Shown here: positions 19,622 through 28,079 of the stretch, piece by piece
Layout of the letters: each line of letters begins with the position of its first letter
Numbering within the stretch: the first letter of the stretch is position 1
Notes under the pieces: generated by a model
Databases searched by the model: none
Seen by the model: only the letters and a program-made list of their open reading frames with translations
Told to the model about the DNA's origin: nothing
DNA from: an uncultured Candidatus Saccharibacteria bacterium
GTDB taxonomy: Bacteria; Patescibacteriota; Minisyncoccia; Phycocordibacterales; JBBTRF01
Assembly (NCBI GenBank): GCA_964602975.1
Contig: CAZRTH010000001.1
Location: 70,303-134,302, forward strand
DNA: 64,000 bases
Direction of reading: 5' to 3'
Position numbers and translations under genes: made by a program

Positions 19622-20194
19622 TTATTTCTTCACCTCCCCTACCTTCACCTTTGGCGGGCGGACGACGCGATCGCCGAGTTTGTAGCCTTTGTTGATGACT
19701 GCGACGATTTTTCCATCCAACGACTTGCCGTCAGGGCCATTCGCGGCAGCACCGGAAAGCTCCACCATCTCAATAGCCTCCTGCTCGAGTGGGCTGTAGT
19801 CGGCGCCGAGTGGATTAAGCTCAACAAGACCGTTCTTTTGCAAAATACCGAGGATCTGCGACTGAATATGCTCAACGCCCATGCGCCAATTCTTGTCCAC
19901 CTTCTCCCAGGCTCCTTTGTTGGATCGTGCCATGTCGAAACTGTCGAGCACAGGCAGCAAGTCGAGGATGAGATCCTCGTTCGCGTATTTCACCAGCTCC
20001 TTCTGTCGTTCCTCGTCGCGCTTCCGGGCGTTCACCATATCTGCCTTTGTACGCTGCCAGCCGGTGAGATAGTCGAGCTTCTCGGCCTCGCACTTCTTCA
20101 GTTTGTCGCGAAGATCTTTAAGCTTGGCTTGGGCGCCTTTCTCGATCCCCTCTTCATTGGTGTCGACAATATCGTCAGTATTTTTGTCATTCAT
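19622..20194 (-). CDS. grpE: Nucleotide exchange factor GrpE
   Basis: QR.KAD..NARKR, LLPVLDSF, KGYKLGDRVVRPPKVKV. Confidence 0.95.
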   Translation of the reverse strand: MNDKNTDDIVDTNEEGIEKGAQAKLKDLRDKLKKCEAEKLDYLTGWQRTKADMVNARKRDEERQKELVKYANEDLILDLLPVLDSFDMARSNKGAWEKVDKNWRMGVEHIQSQILGILQKNGLVELNPLGADYSPLEQEAIEMVELSGAAANGPDGKSLDGKIVAVINKGYKLGDRVVRPPKVKVGEVKK

Positions 20195-20288
20195 TGCGCT
20201 GGTCATTATACTTTTCAACCACGCACTTTGCAACGCCATATGAAGTGCTACAATATACAGGCACGTCGGTTTTCGAGATTTAAAGGAT

Positions 20289-20939
20289 ATGAAACCCTAT
20301 CATTTAAGCACTCGATTCTATATTATCTTCACCCTGGTGATGCTCGTGCCTGCAGTACTCGTGGCTGAGTATCTTCAGGAGGTCATCTTGGCGCCATTGT
20401 TCGACGTGCTGTTCACCAATCTGATCTTCGACTGGCGACTCATCGAAGCTCCGGTCGCGGCGAGCGTCATCGCCCTTTCTTTTTGGGTGTATGAAGTGTT
20501 TCTGTGGAGATTTCCGCCATTCAAACAACTCCATCCGTGCCCAGACGTAAACGGTCGGTATGAGGGAATTTATATAAGAAACAAGGATCAGGACCCAAAA
20601 AAAGAAAATGACATTGTCTTTGAGATCGAGCACACATTGAGGCACATTTCCGTGGTTTGTTACAGCGAGAAGCGAACCTCACACAGCCTGGTGGCGACCA
20701 TCGGCCAAAATGGGTTCGGTCACTGGTGGGTGTTGATGATCTATCAAAATATGGCGAATGAACACTTTGTCCATCACGGGACGCCGCACACTCATGGCGA
20801 ACGAGGCGTCGCTTTTATCGAGATCAGCAAAAAAGGCAAGGCATTGCACGGCACCTACTTCACCAACCCACAAGACACCGGCGTATATGGAACTTTCCAA
20901 GTGAAATTCAAGGGCGACAAGAAATTCTACGCGCTTTGA
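20289..20939 (+). CDS. Cap15-like (SMODS-associated 2TM plus beta-barrel) effector
   Basis: Two TM helices, then LWR...PDVNGRYEG, EIEHTL..ISV, S.S, YQN, H..G, LHGTYFTN...G. Confidence 0.75.
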   Translation: MKPYHLSTRFYIIFTLVMLVPAVLVAEYLQEVILAPLFDVLFTNLIFDWRLIEAPVAASVIALSFWVYEVFLWRFPPFKQLHPCPDVNGRYEGIYIRNKDQDPKKENDIVFEIEHTLRHISVVCYSEKRTSHSLVATIGQNGFGHWWVLMIYQNMANEHFVHHGTPHTHGERGVAFIEISKKGKALHGTYFTNPQDTGVYGTFQVKFKGDKKFYAL

Positions 20940-20986
20940 TCGGAAGTTTTAGCTAAAGGATATCCACAGGGCAAGAACGCTTTTTG

Positions 20987-21014
20987 TTGACGGCGCCTTT
21001 CAACGGCGTACCAT
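20987..21014 (+). promoter_or_regulatory. sigma70-like promoter
   Basis: TTGACG-16 nt-TACCAT. Confidence 0.5.
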
Positions 21015-21057
21015 TATATGTAGCAGTCCTCTGAAACAATCAACCAGCTTCAGAACT

Positions 21058-21981
21058 ATGTATATTCCCGACTACTTCCTTCCGATCAACAAGAGCGGCG
21101 CCATTCGGCTGCTCCTGCTTGGCCAGCGAGACAGGACGCCCGCAGTCATCCGTGCGTTCAATGAACGATACGTTTGGAGAGATCTGCCGGACGACGTGCA
21201 ACGAATGCATTTGGCCTGCAGCCGCTGGCACACCGCACAAACAGTATGCGTCGGCGAGTCGGCTACAGTGCTCCGCTTCCTCTGGTGGCACATGAACGAT
21301 ACCGGCATCCACAAAGGCTTGGAACGAGCCGGCACTTTGGTAAGCAGACGGGTGACCTTGAAACCGGAGATGCTGGGATGGCCGCTCGAGCAACTGATCG
21401 ACCCGGCTCACGTGCCTGAGCGCACCAGCCAGCTCGCAAGCGCCGCGATCCTGCATCACCCTGACCGACACCCTCGGCTGAAAGGAGTGCGTTTCCATAT
21501 CGACGCCACCTACGAAGCGCTCGATGATTGGAATGGCGGATACACTGATCCGGCAAAAGTTCCCGCGGTCGGGATCGACCCAACGATCAAACGACAAGCC
21601 GAAACCTTCTTGGCAATGCTACGAGGCGAGGCATCGTCCTATGAGCCCCAGCAGGTGGAAGACTTCCCGTTCTCATTCCTCGTCCGCGGGACGCCGACGA
21701 TCGCCGAAGCCGCCGAACGCTGGCCGAATTTGGCCGACCATGAGAGCAATCGCCTGAAAGCAGTCACGAATGCCTGCGAAGAATGGCGGGTGTCCAGAAC
21801 GATCAGTAGTTACGACCATCGGATCGTTCAGGCTACCGCCATGTATGCCATGATCCAGGGCTATTCGCCCCAAAGGCTCAAAGAATCCGTCGAGCACCCT
21901 GAAGTGGTTGCCAAGAGCTGGCCCCAGTTCTGGCGCTTTCTCCAGTTCGCCCACGGCCAAGTAGCCCAACGGCAGAGCTGA
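21058..21981 (+). CDS. Compact EPSP-synthase (AroA)/enolpyruvyl-transferase-like protein
   Basis: LPINKSGAIR, VGESATVLRF, TSQLASA, HESNRL, DHRIVQA and VAKSWPQFW occur in AroA order. Confidence 0.7.
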   Translation: MYIPDYFLPINKSGAIRLLLLGQRDRTPAVIRAFNERYVWRDLPDDVQRMHLACSRWHTAQTVCVGESATVLRFLWWHMNDTGIHKGLERAGTLVSRRVTLKPEMLGWPLEQLIDPAHVPERTSQLASAAILHHPDRHPRLKGVRFHIDATYEALDDWNGGYTDPAKVPAVGIDPTIKRQAETFLAMLRGEASSYEPQQVEDFPFSFLVRGTPTIAEAAERWPNLADHESNRLKAVTNACEEWRVSRTISSYDHRIVQATAMYAMIQGYSPQRLKESVEHPEVVAKSWPQFWRFLQFAHGQVAQRQS

Positions 21982-22011
21982 GACACTCAAGTTGCACATC
22001 ATCAACACATC

Positions 22012-22040
22012 GCCGCAGGCTCACGCCTGCGGCTTTCTTA
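22012..22040 (+). terminator. Intrinsic terminator
   Basis: GCCGCAGGC-TCAC-GCCTGCGGC-TTTCTT. Confidence 0.75.
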
Positions 22041-22051
22041 CCTCGTTTTTT

Positions 22052-22318
22052 CTATCCCATCGACTTTTTTCCCGCTCCCGCACCTATCAACAACAACTTT
22101 TCTCTTCGGGACATTTTCTTGATCTCCCATTCCCTTTTCAATCCGCGACTCAACGTCCGAAGCTTTTCCGAATACACTAGACTCACCGGCCTGCGCGATT
22201 TTGTATATCTCGCGCCCGTCTTTAGATCATTGTGCACCCGCACTCGCCTCTCTACATCATTCGTCGAGCCGGTGTACAAGGTCCCATCGCGACATTTCAA
22301 TATATACACATAATACAC
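22052..22318 (-). CDS. GIY-YIG nuclease (UPF0213/YhbQ)
   Basis: YVYILKC.DGTLYTGSTNDVERR...HN...GARYTKSRRPV.LVY.E...A/G.KRE.EIK. GTG start. Confidence 0.9.
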   Translation of the reverse strand: MYYVYILKCRDGTLYTGSTNDVERRVRVHNDLKTGARYTKSRRPVSLVYSEKLRTLSRGLKREWEIKKMSRREKLLLIGAGAGKKSMG

Positions 22319-22343
22319 CAAGGTAGTCACAGTATAGCAAAAT

Positions 22344-22498
22344 AAAAAAAGCGCCAAGGGCGGAAACCGTCCCCCCTTGGCACCTGAGACACAATCTCTC
22401 ATTGATAGGCAGGCATCTCTACCGCGCTACCAACCAGCTGTCCTTAAAAGAGCTCACCTTGGCGCTGGCTGCGCCACATTGCTCGGGCCCAACTGGCC
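22344..22498 (-). ncRNA. Putative ~155-nt structured small RNA with own promoter and terminator
   Basis: Upstream TTGTGC-17-TAGGAT (22505-22533). Helices GGCCAGTTG/CAGCTGGTT, TGGCGC/GCGCCA, GGTA-GAGA-TGCC, TGAGA/TCTCA, then terminator GCCAAGGG/CCCTTGGC-T7. Confidence 0.5.
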
Positions 22499-22567
22499 AA
22501 AATCATCCTAACAAACCTGAAGCGCACGCACAAGCCATCCAGCTTGGAGCCTGCAGCGAAATGTGCA

Positions 22568-22677
22568 GGAAAGACGAAACAGCATTCTGAGGGAACTGCG
22601 GAGGCCGACGGGCCGAGCCGGAGCAAAATTTCAGCAGAAATTTATGCGTATCCCGAAGAATGCTGTTTCGTCTTTCC
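22568..22677. repeat. 110-bp element with perfect 21-bp terminal inverted repeats
   Basis: GGAAAGACGAAACAGCATTCT / AGAATGCTGTTTCGTCTTTCC with inner hairpins. Confidence 0.75.
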
Positions 22678-22686
22678 CTACTTATT

Positions 22687-23097
22687 TTATCGCTTGCTCC
22701 ACGCTGGAGACTTTCGTGCCTTCTTCAAACCGAACTTCCTTCGCTCCTTTGCTCGAGGATCTCGCTTCAAAAAGCCTTCCTTCTTTAGGGACTTTCGGAG
22801 CTCGATGTCGTGTACGATCAACGCTCGGGCGATGCCATGTCGAAGCGCCTCGGCCTGAGAGTGGATGCCGCCACCGGAGAGCATCGCAGTCACCTTGAAC
22901 TTCTCCGCGGTCTTCGCTAGAGCATCCATAGCGATCTGCTGCAATTCAGCTGTCGGGAAATAGGTATTCAAATCCTTCTCATTCAATGTGAACGAGGTCT
23001 TGCTCGCAGGAGTGATGCGGACGCTCGCGATGGAGGTCTTGCGTCGGCCAATGCCCTGGGTGTACTTTTTGTCTGATGCGGTAGTGTTTGATGTCAT
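22687..23097 (-). CDS. rpsI: 30S ribosomal protein S9
   Basis: GRRKTS, GGG..SQAEA.RHG, ERRKFGLKKARKSPAWSKR. Confidence 0.97.
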   Translation of the reverse strand: MTSNTTASDKKYTQGIGRRKTSIASVRITPASKTSFTLNEKDLNTYFPTAELQQIAMDALAKTAEKFKVTAMLSGGGIHSQAEALRHGIARALIVHDIELRKSLKKEGFLKRDPRAKERRKFGLKKARKSPAWSKR

Positions 23098-23118
23098 GGG
23101 AGGTTATACAATATCGGA

Positions 23119-23466
23119 TTACTCGCTGATGGTCAAACGCTTCATCATTCCTGGACGGAGGCGGTTGTTTGGGATCATGCCATGGATCGCAAGGCGGAAC
23201 AGCTCGCTGTATCCCTTCTTTGCCACAATATCCACCATGTTTGGAGTCTTCAAACCGCCTGGAAAGCCGCTATATCGAGCGTAGGTGGTCTGCTTCATCT
23301 TGTTGGTACCGATAGAGGCCTTTGAGGCGTTTACGATCTCTACAGAGACATCGGTCGGTGCGGCATTGCGAACAAAAGAAGTGAGATTTTTGCCCATGAG
23401 GAGAGATGCGGCTTTTGTGGCCACTCGTCCCAGCTTCTGGTCTTTTGCATCGATCGTGTGTTTCAT
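23119..23466 (-). CDS. rplM: 50S ribosomal protein L13 (short form)
   Basis: IDAKDQKLGRVA, YSGFPGG, GMIPNNRL. Confidence 0.95.
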   Translation of the reverse strand: MKHTIDAKDQKLGRVATKAASLLMGKNLTSFVRNAAPTDVSVEIVNASKASIGTNKMKQTTYARYSGFPGGLKTPNMVDIVAKKGYSELFRLAIHGMIPNNRLRPGMMKRLTISE

Positions 23467-23487
23467 GGAAGTGTGATAAAGGGTTGA

Positions 23488-23841
23488 TTATTTTACAAAC
23501 TGGATGACCGCCATTCGAGCAGAGTCGCTCTTTCGTGCCGGGAGCTTGATCACTCGGGTGTATCCGCCGTTTCGAGTCTTGAACGAAGGGCCGATCTCGG
23601 TGAAGAGCTTCTTCACTGCAGATGCAGAGCCGATTCGAGCCATCACCAATCGTCGGTTGAACACGGTGTCGGTCTTTGCACGTGTCACCATCGGCTCGAT
23701 GAATGGTCGGATCTCCTTTGCCTTCGCCTCTGTGGTCATGATCTGGCCATGATTCACCAACGCGAGAGCAAGCGACTTGAGCAAGGCGCTGCGCTGCCCT
23801 GTTTCTCGTCCGAATACTCGATTTTTATTATGGTGTCTCAT
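23488..23841 (-). CDS. rplQ: 50S ribosomal protein L17
   Basis: MRHH, TTEAKAKE, RNGGYTRVIK. Confidence 0.97.
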   Translation of the reverse strand: MRHHNKNRVFGRETGQRSALLKSLALALVNHGQIMTTEAKAKEIRPFIEPMVTRAKTDTVFNRRLVMARIGSASAVKKLFTEIGPSFKTRNGGYTRVIKLPARKSDSARMAVIQFVK

Positions 23842-23850
23842 GGGCGAAGA

Positions 23851-24831
23851 TTATTTTAATGAAATGCCGTATTTATTCAAGAACTTCTTGATCTCCTGCA
23901 CGCCCTTGCTGCCAAGTCCGTCGATATCAAGAATATCCTCCTCCTTCTTTCGGACCAATCCTCCGAGGGTTCGGATGTTGGCGCTCGTGAGAGCATTGAG
24001 CGTTCGAGGTGACAGATCGAGAGTCTCGATTCGAGTCTTCAAAAGCTCTGGATCGATCTCTTTCTTTGAGGCCTTGTCGGAAGCTTCGTCTGCCTCGGCT
24101 GCCTTCATTGCCTTTTCCTCGGCTGGGACGATCTCCTCTTCCTTGAAGCCAACGATCGCCTTGAGCTGCTCGATCATGGTGACGATCGACTGCTCGAGAG
24201 CGGCGTGAGGAGTGATGGTGCCGTCAGTCTCAATGAAAAGCTTGATTCGGTTGAAGTCAGTACGATTGCCGACTCGCATGTTCTCTACTTCGTAGTTTGC
24301 GCGCTTGATCGGGGTGAAAATAGCGTCGAGAGCGATAGCGCCAATATCAACGCGCTCTTTCTGGATGATCTCCTTTGGCACGTAGCCAAGACCCTTCTGC
24401 GCGGTGAGCTCGATCTCCAAAGTGGTGTTCTTGTCGGTGACTGAAGCAATATGCTGATCCTTGTTGATGATGACAACCTGACCCGGAGCGTCGATATCGG
24501 CGCCGGTGGCATTCTTCACGCCCTTCACTCGGAGGTTAAGAGTCTGAGGCTCGTCGGTGAGGAGCTGGATGCGGAGCTTCTTGAGATTCAAAAGGATAGT
24601 GATCACGTCCTCCTTGACGCCTTCGATGGTTGAGAATTCATGTGACACGCCGGTGATCTTCACCGATGTCACCGCTGCGCCAGGGAGAGACGACAAAATG
24701 ATGCGTCGAAGAGAGTTGCCGAGAGTGTGGCCGTATCCTGGATAGAGTCCGTCGATCTCGTAGATGCCAACAGAACCATCTTCTTTGATGATGCGAGGCT
24801 TTGATGGGAGCACGATATTCTGATCAGTCAT
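23851..24831 (-). CDS. rpoA: RNA polymerase alpha subunit
   Basis: GYGHTLGNSLRRIILSS, HEFSTIEGVKEDV, C-terminal LSPRTLNAL. Start at MTDQN. Confidence 0.97.
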   Translation of the reverse strand: MTDQNIVLPSKPRIIKEDGSVGIYEIDGLYPGYGHTLGNSLRRIILSSLPGAAVTSVKITGVSHEFSTIEGVKEDVITILLNLKKLRIQLLTDEPQTLNLRVKGVKNATGADIDAPGQVVIINKDQHIASVTDKNTTLEIELTAQKGLGYVPKEIIQKERVDIGAIALDAIFTPIKRANYEVENMRVGNRTDFNRIKLFIETDGTITPHAALEQSIVTMIEQLKAIVGFKEEEIVPAEEKAMKAAEADEASDKASKKEIDPELLKTRIETLDLSPRTLNALTSANIRTLGGLVRKKEEDILDIDGLGSKGVQEIKKFLNKYGISLK

Positions 24832-24862
24832 GTGATTGTTGTTATATAAAAATGATTGATAA

Positions 24863-25477
24863 TTATCGCTTGTAGAACTCCAGGATCGCGCCAATATCGA
24901 AAGGCGTCTCACCGGCAACAAACTTCGGCATTCCAACGATCTCGGCTCGTTTCTTCTCCGACTCGCTCTTGATCCAATTGACCGAGGGCGCATTCTTCAT
25001 CTTTTCGCTCGCCTGCTCGAACAGTTTTTTCTTCTGGCTGCCGTCGCGGAGAGTGAGCGCATCCTTCTCGGATACGGTGTATGAAGGAATGGTGCACTTC
25101 ACGCCGTTCACGAGGATGTGGCCGTGAGAGACCATCTGTCGAGCGAGGAGACGAGAGTTGGCCAAGCCAAGACGATACACGACGTTGTCGAGACGAGTTT
25201 CGAGAGCACGGAAGAGCGCCTCGTCTGGGTGGAGCTTGGTCTGAGCGATGGCCTTTCGGACATAGTTTCGAAACTGCTTCTCCATGACGCCGTAAGTGAA
25301 ACGCGCGCGCTGTTTCTCGATGAGCTGAGCGCCGAACTCGCTCTTTGGGCGAGGCTTTTTGCCATCCTTGCCGCCATTTCGGCGAGCTACAGACGCGGCA
25401 AACTTTGGCGTCTGTGTCTTATCGAAAACAGAAGCTCCTAGTCGTCGTGCAATCTTGTACTTTGGACCAATTTTCAT
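24863..25477 (-). CDS. rpsD: 30S ribosomal protein S4
   Basis: QLIEKQ, LETRLDNVVYRLG, ARQMVSHGH. Confidence 0.97.
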   Translation of the reverse strand: MKIGPKYKIARRLGASVFDKTQTPKFAASVARRNGGKDGKKPRPKSEFGAQLIEKQRARFTYGVMEKQFRNYVRKAIAQTKLHPDEALFRALETRLDNVVYRLGLANSRLLARQMVSHGHILVNGVKCTIPSYTVSEKDALTLRDGSQKKKLFEQASEKMKNAPSVNWIKSESEKKRAEIVGMPKFVAGETPFDIGAILEFYKR

Positions 25478-25498
25478 GTGAGTACGATGATTATATTA

Positions 25499-25963
25499 TT
25501 AAACGCGTCGTGGTTTCTTTGGCTTCGGACCGTTGTGAGGCACCGGAGTCACGTCTTTAATAGAGGTGATGGTGAAGCCTTTTGATACAAATCCTCGAAC
25601 GGCTGATTCACGACCTGAACCGACGCCCTTCACGATCACTGCGATCTCCTTGAGGCCGAGAGGTGCTGCCTTTGCGGCCAAGGTCTCTCCCACTTTTGCC
25701 GCAGCAAAAGGAGTGCCCTTCTTTGCACCCTTGAAACCGAGAGCTCCGGCTGATGACCAAAATACCGCATTTCCCTTTGGATCAGCAAAAACCACCTTAG
25801 TGTTGTTGTAGGTGGACTGCACGTACAAGATACCGCTGTCGAGCTTGAGCTTCGAGGCCTTCGAAGGCGCAGCGACTACCGCCTTCTCCGCTGGAGCGGC
25901 GGCTTTGCCTCCTTTCGGGGACAAGTCGGTCTTTTTTACTTCGGTGTTCTTTGGGGTTGCCAT
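25499..25963 (-). CDS. rpsK: 30S ribosomal protein S11
   Basis: STYNNT, KKGTPFAA, DVTPVPHNG. Confidence 0.97.
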   Translation of the reverse strand: MATPKNTEVKKTDLSPKGGKAAAPAEKAVVAAPSKASKLKLDSGILYVQSTYNNTKVVFADPKGNAVFWSSAGALGFKGAKKGTPFAAAKVGETLAAKAAPLGLKEIAVIVKGVGSGRESAVRGFVSKGFTITSIKDVTPVPHNGPKPKKPRRV

Positions 25964-25984
25964 AAAATGTATAAATGATTGGGA

Positions 25985-26365
25985 TTACTTCTTCTCAACT
26001 GCCTTTCGTCCGGAACCCATGGTCTTTCGGACATTGCCTCGGACAGTTCGAGAGTTGGTCTTGGTGCGCTGACCGTGCACTGGGAGGCGGCGGAGGTGTC
26101 GGATGCCTCGGTATGCCTTGATATCCTTCAATCGCTTCACGTTGCCTGCCACTTCTCGCTTGAGATCTCCTTCGATCTTGTAATCCTCGATCATTTTTCG
26201 GATCTCATTCTCTTCGTCGACGGTCAGATCCTTTGCCTTCTTGCCAAAATTTACATTGGCTCGGGTCAGGATAGTCTGAGCAAGCGGACGGCCGATTCCG
26301 TAGACCGCTGTGAGGGCGATCTCGATCCGCTTCTCGTCTGGAATGGTGATACCTGAAATACGCAT
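25985..26365 (-). CDS. rpsM: 30S ribosomal protein S13
   Basis: ALTAVYGIG, YRGIRH, PVHGQRTKTN. Confidence 0.97.
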   Translation of the reverse strand: MRISGITIPDEKRIEIALTAVYGIGRPLAQTILTRANVNFGKKAKDLTVDEENEIRKMIEDYKIEGDLKREVAGNVKRLKDIKAYRGIRHLRRLPVHGQRTKTNSRTVRGNVRKTMGSGRKAVEKK

Positions 26366-26392
26366 GGGATACAGTATGGTTTAAATAAATAA

Positions 26393-26509
26393 TTAGCCTT
26401 GGCGCTGCTTGTGGCGCGGGTTGGATGCACACACCACATACACATAGCCCTTTCGTCGGACGGTCTTGCACTGAGCGCACACTTTTTTTACGGATGCTTT
26501 TACTCTCAT
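26393..26509 (-). CDS. rpmJ: 50S ribosomal protein L36 (below the ORF track cut-off)
   Basis: Manual translation [38 protein letters not shown]. Confidence 0.96.
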   Translation of the reverse strand: MRVKASVKKVCAQCKTVRRKGYVYVVCASNPRHKQRQG

Positions 26510-26515
26510 TGGTGT

Positions 26516-26731
26516 TTACAATCGTTTAGTAATACGCCCTTTGCCGCCATACGGGTCGATTTCTACTTTCACCTTATCGCCAATCAATACTCGGATATGA
26601 TTCATCCGCATTTTGCCTGCAAGGTACGCCATTATTTCTGTTTCCTGGCCTTCGAGCCTGACCTTAAACAAGGTGTTAGGAAGCGCCTCCGTGACGACTC
26701 CTAAAACGCCTGTATCTGGTTTCTTCTCCAT
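26516..26731 (-). CDS. infA: Translation initiation factor IF-1
   Basis: [26 protein letters not shown]. Confidence 0.96.
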   Translation of the reverse strand: MEKKPDTGVLGVVTEALPNTLFKVRLEGQETEIMAYLAGKMRMNHIRVLIGDKVKVEIDPYGGKGRITKRL

Positions 26732-26805
26732 ATATAAATCCTGTAAAAACAGTGAATAGCATCATAACAAAAATAGGCCATAAAAGTCAAGCACCAGCCT
26801 GTGGA

Positions 26806-28050
26806 CTAGCCTTTTTGTTCGATGATCTGGATGCGGTCGACGTCATCTGGGAAGGTAGTTCGCCAAAAAGGACGGACCACTGCCTTGATCGGGGTGACTT
26901 CGCTAAAACCCGCCATGATCCCCTTGAATGAATCGGTTTTTTGGGATACCAGCGCCTCTTTGATCTTTGCAGTGTCGTAGAGCCAAACGAGACTAGCGGT
27001 ACCAGAGACACTGAGCTTGATCGGATCGCGATCAAAGACGCCCACCGACATGTTCTGCGGAACGACTTCGAGACCTTCGACCGTTTTGAGGTCCACTGGT
27101 TTTTCGTCGTATCCATTGAGCGATTTTGTGGCGATCGCTTTGGCAAGCATCTTTCGATCCAACATGAGACCGGTGAGGATCACCTTTTGGGTCAGCACCA
27201 CTGTATCAGTGTCTTTGTTTTGATTCGGCAACTGCTCCACACTAAACAATGTTGCTCTATCGAAAAATGCATACCCCTCGGGTGTCTGCGCTCGAGCGGA
27301 GGCGATGAGGCGTGTTTTGAGGTCAGCGATCATTGTGTCGCGTGCAGTCTTTTCATCAGCCACCTTCACCACTCGTACCACACCTTTGCTGCCGCCGGTC
27401 ATCGCGATTTTCGAGCGTGCATAGATATTTTTGTACTTTTCCGGAGTTGATTTGAAACCTGGGATAGTGAAGTCGGTGAGGCCTATGTTGTATTCCGGAC
27501 CAGCGACGTCAGCGTAAACTGTCACTTCGATACTGCCCGGTACGGTTCCCTTCTTTCCTGGAATAGTGACTGGCTCAGAAATTCGATAGATGAGACCTTC
27601 AGGAGTCTGAAATCGGGTGTTGCGGATGAGTCGCTGGGTGGCGGTGGTGTCGTTGTTGTAGATGACGATCTGTCCGGAGGCCTTCTTTTCCTCCATTCGG
27701 GTGCCTTGAGCAATGACTTCTTTTTGGGATTGGTCGGACAAGGTCACGAGCTGGTATGTAATATCCGTGCCCTTGGCTGTTTTACCGGCGAGCAGCGTAA
27801 TATTGACAGGCGTCTTCTGAGTGAGCGGATCAAGAGTGATCGTGGCTCCGGTAAAGAGCGAGGACACAACGAAAAATAGGACGGCGAGGCAGGCGACTAC
27901 CAGCGTCCAAAGGATACTGCGGCGAATCTTCAGCTGAGGGTCGCTGCCGGCATCACCAGAGCGATCTGATCGACCGCGCATTGAAGCCGGAATGATCCGT
28001 ATACTACGGCGCTCCGAAGGGCGCACATCATTGATAATAGGCCTCGACAT
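26806..28050 (-). CDS. Membrane-anchored CPR protein with beta-rich (baseplate-J-like) domain
   Basis: Single TM, KASGQIVIYN, TRF.T..G..YR, PGS.EV.V.AD..G.EYNI. Confidence 0.75.
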   Translation of the reverse strand: MSRPIINDVRPSERRSIRIIPASMRGRSDRSGDAGSDPQLKIRRSILWTLVVACLAVLFFVVSSLFTGATITLDPLTQKTPVNITLLAGKTAKGTDITYQLVTLSDQSQKEVIAQGTRMEEKKASGQIVIYNNDTTATQRLIRNTRFQTPEGLIYRISEPVTIPGKKGTVPGSIEVTVYADVAGPEYNIGLTDFTIPGFKSTPEKYKNIYARSKIAMTGGSKGVVRVVKVADEKTARDTMIADLKTRLIASARAQTPEGYAFFDRATLFSVEQLPNQNKDTDTVVLTQKVILTGLMLDRKMLAKAIATKSLNGYDEKPVDLKTVEGLEVVPQNMSVGVFDRDPIKLSVSGTASLVWLYDTAKIKEALVSQKTDSFKGIMAGFSEVTPIKAVVRPFWRTTFPDDVDRIQIIEQKG

Positions 28051-28079
28051 GCCGGTAGTATATCAAAGATTTCGCAATA

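Noticed and set aside
15005-20288. CIRCE/HrcA control of the dnaK cluster
   Set aside because: No TTAGCACTC-N9-GAGTGCTAA and no hrcA found by eye.
20960-20968. DnaA-box-like ATATCCACA (also TTATCAACA near 15094)
   Set aside because: Isolated imperfect boxes with no cluster or dnaA, so not oriC.
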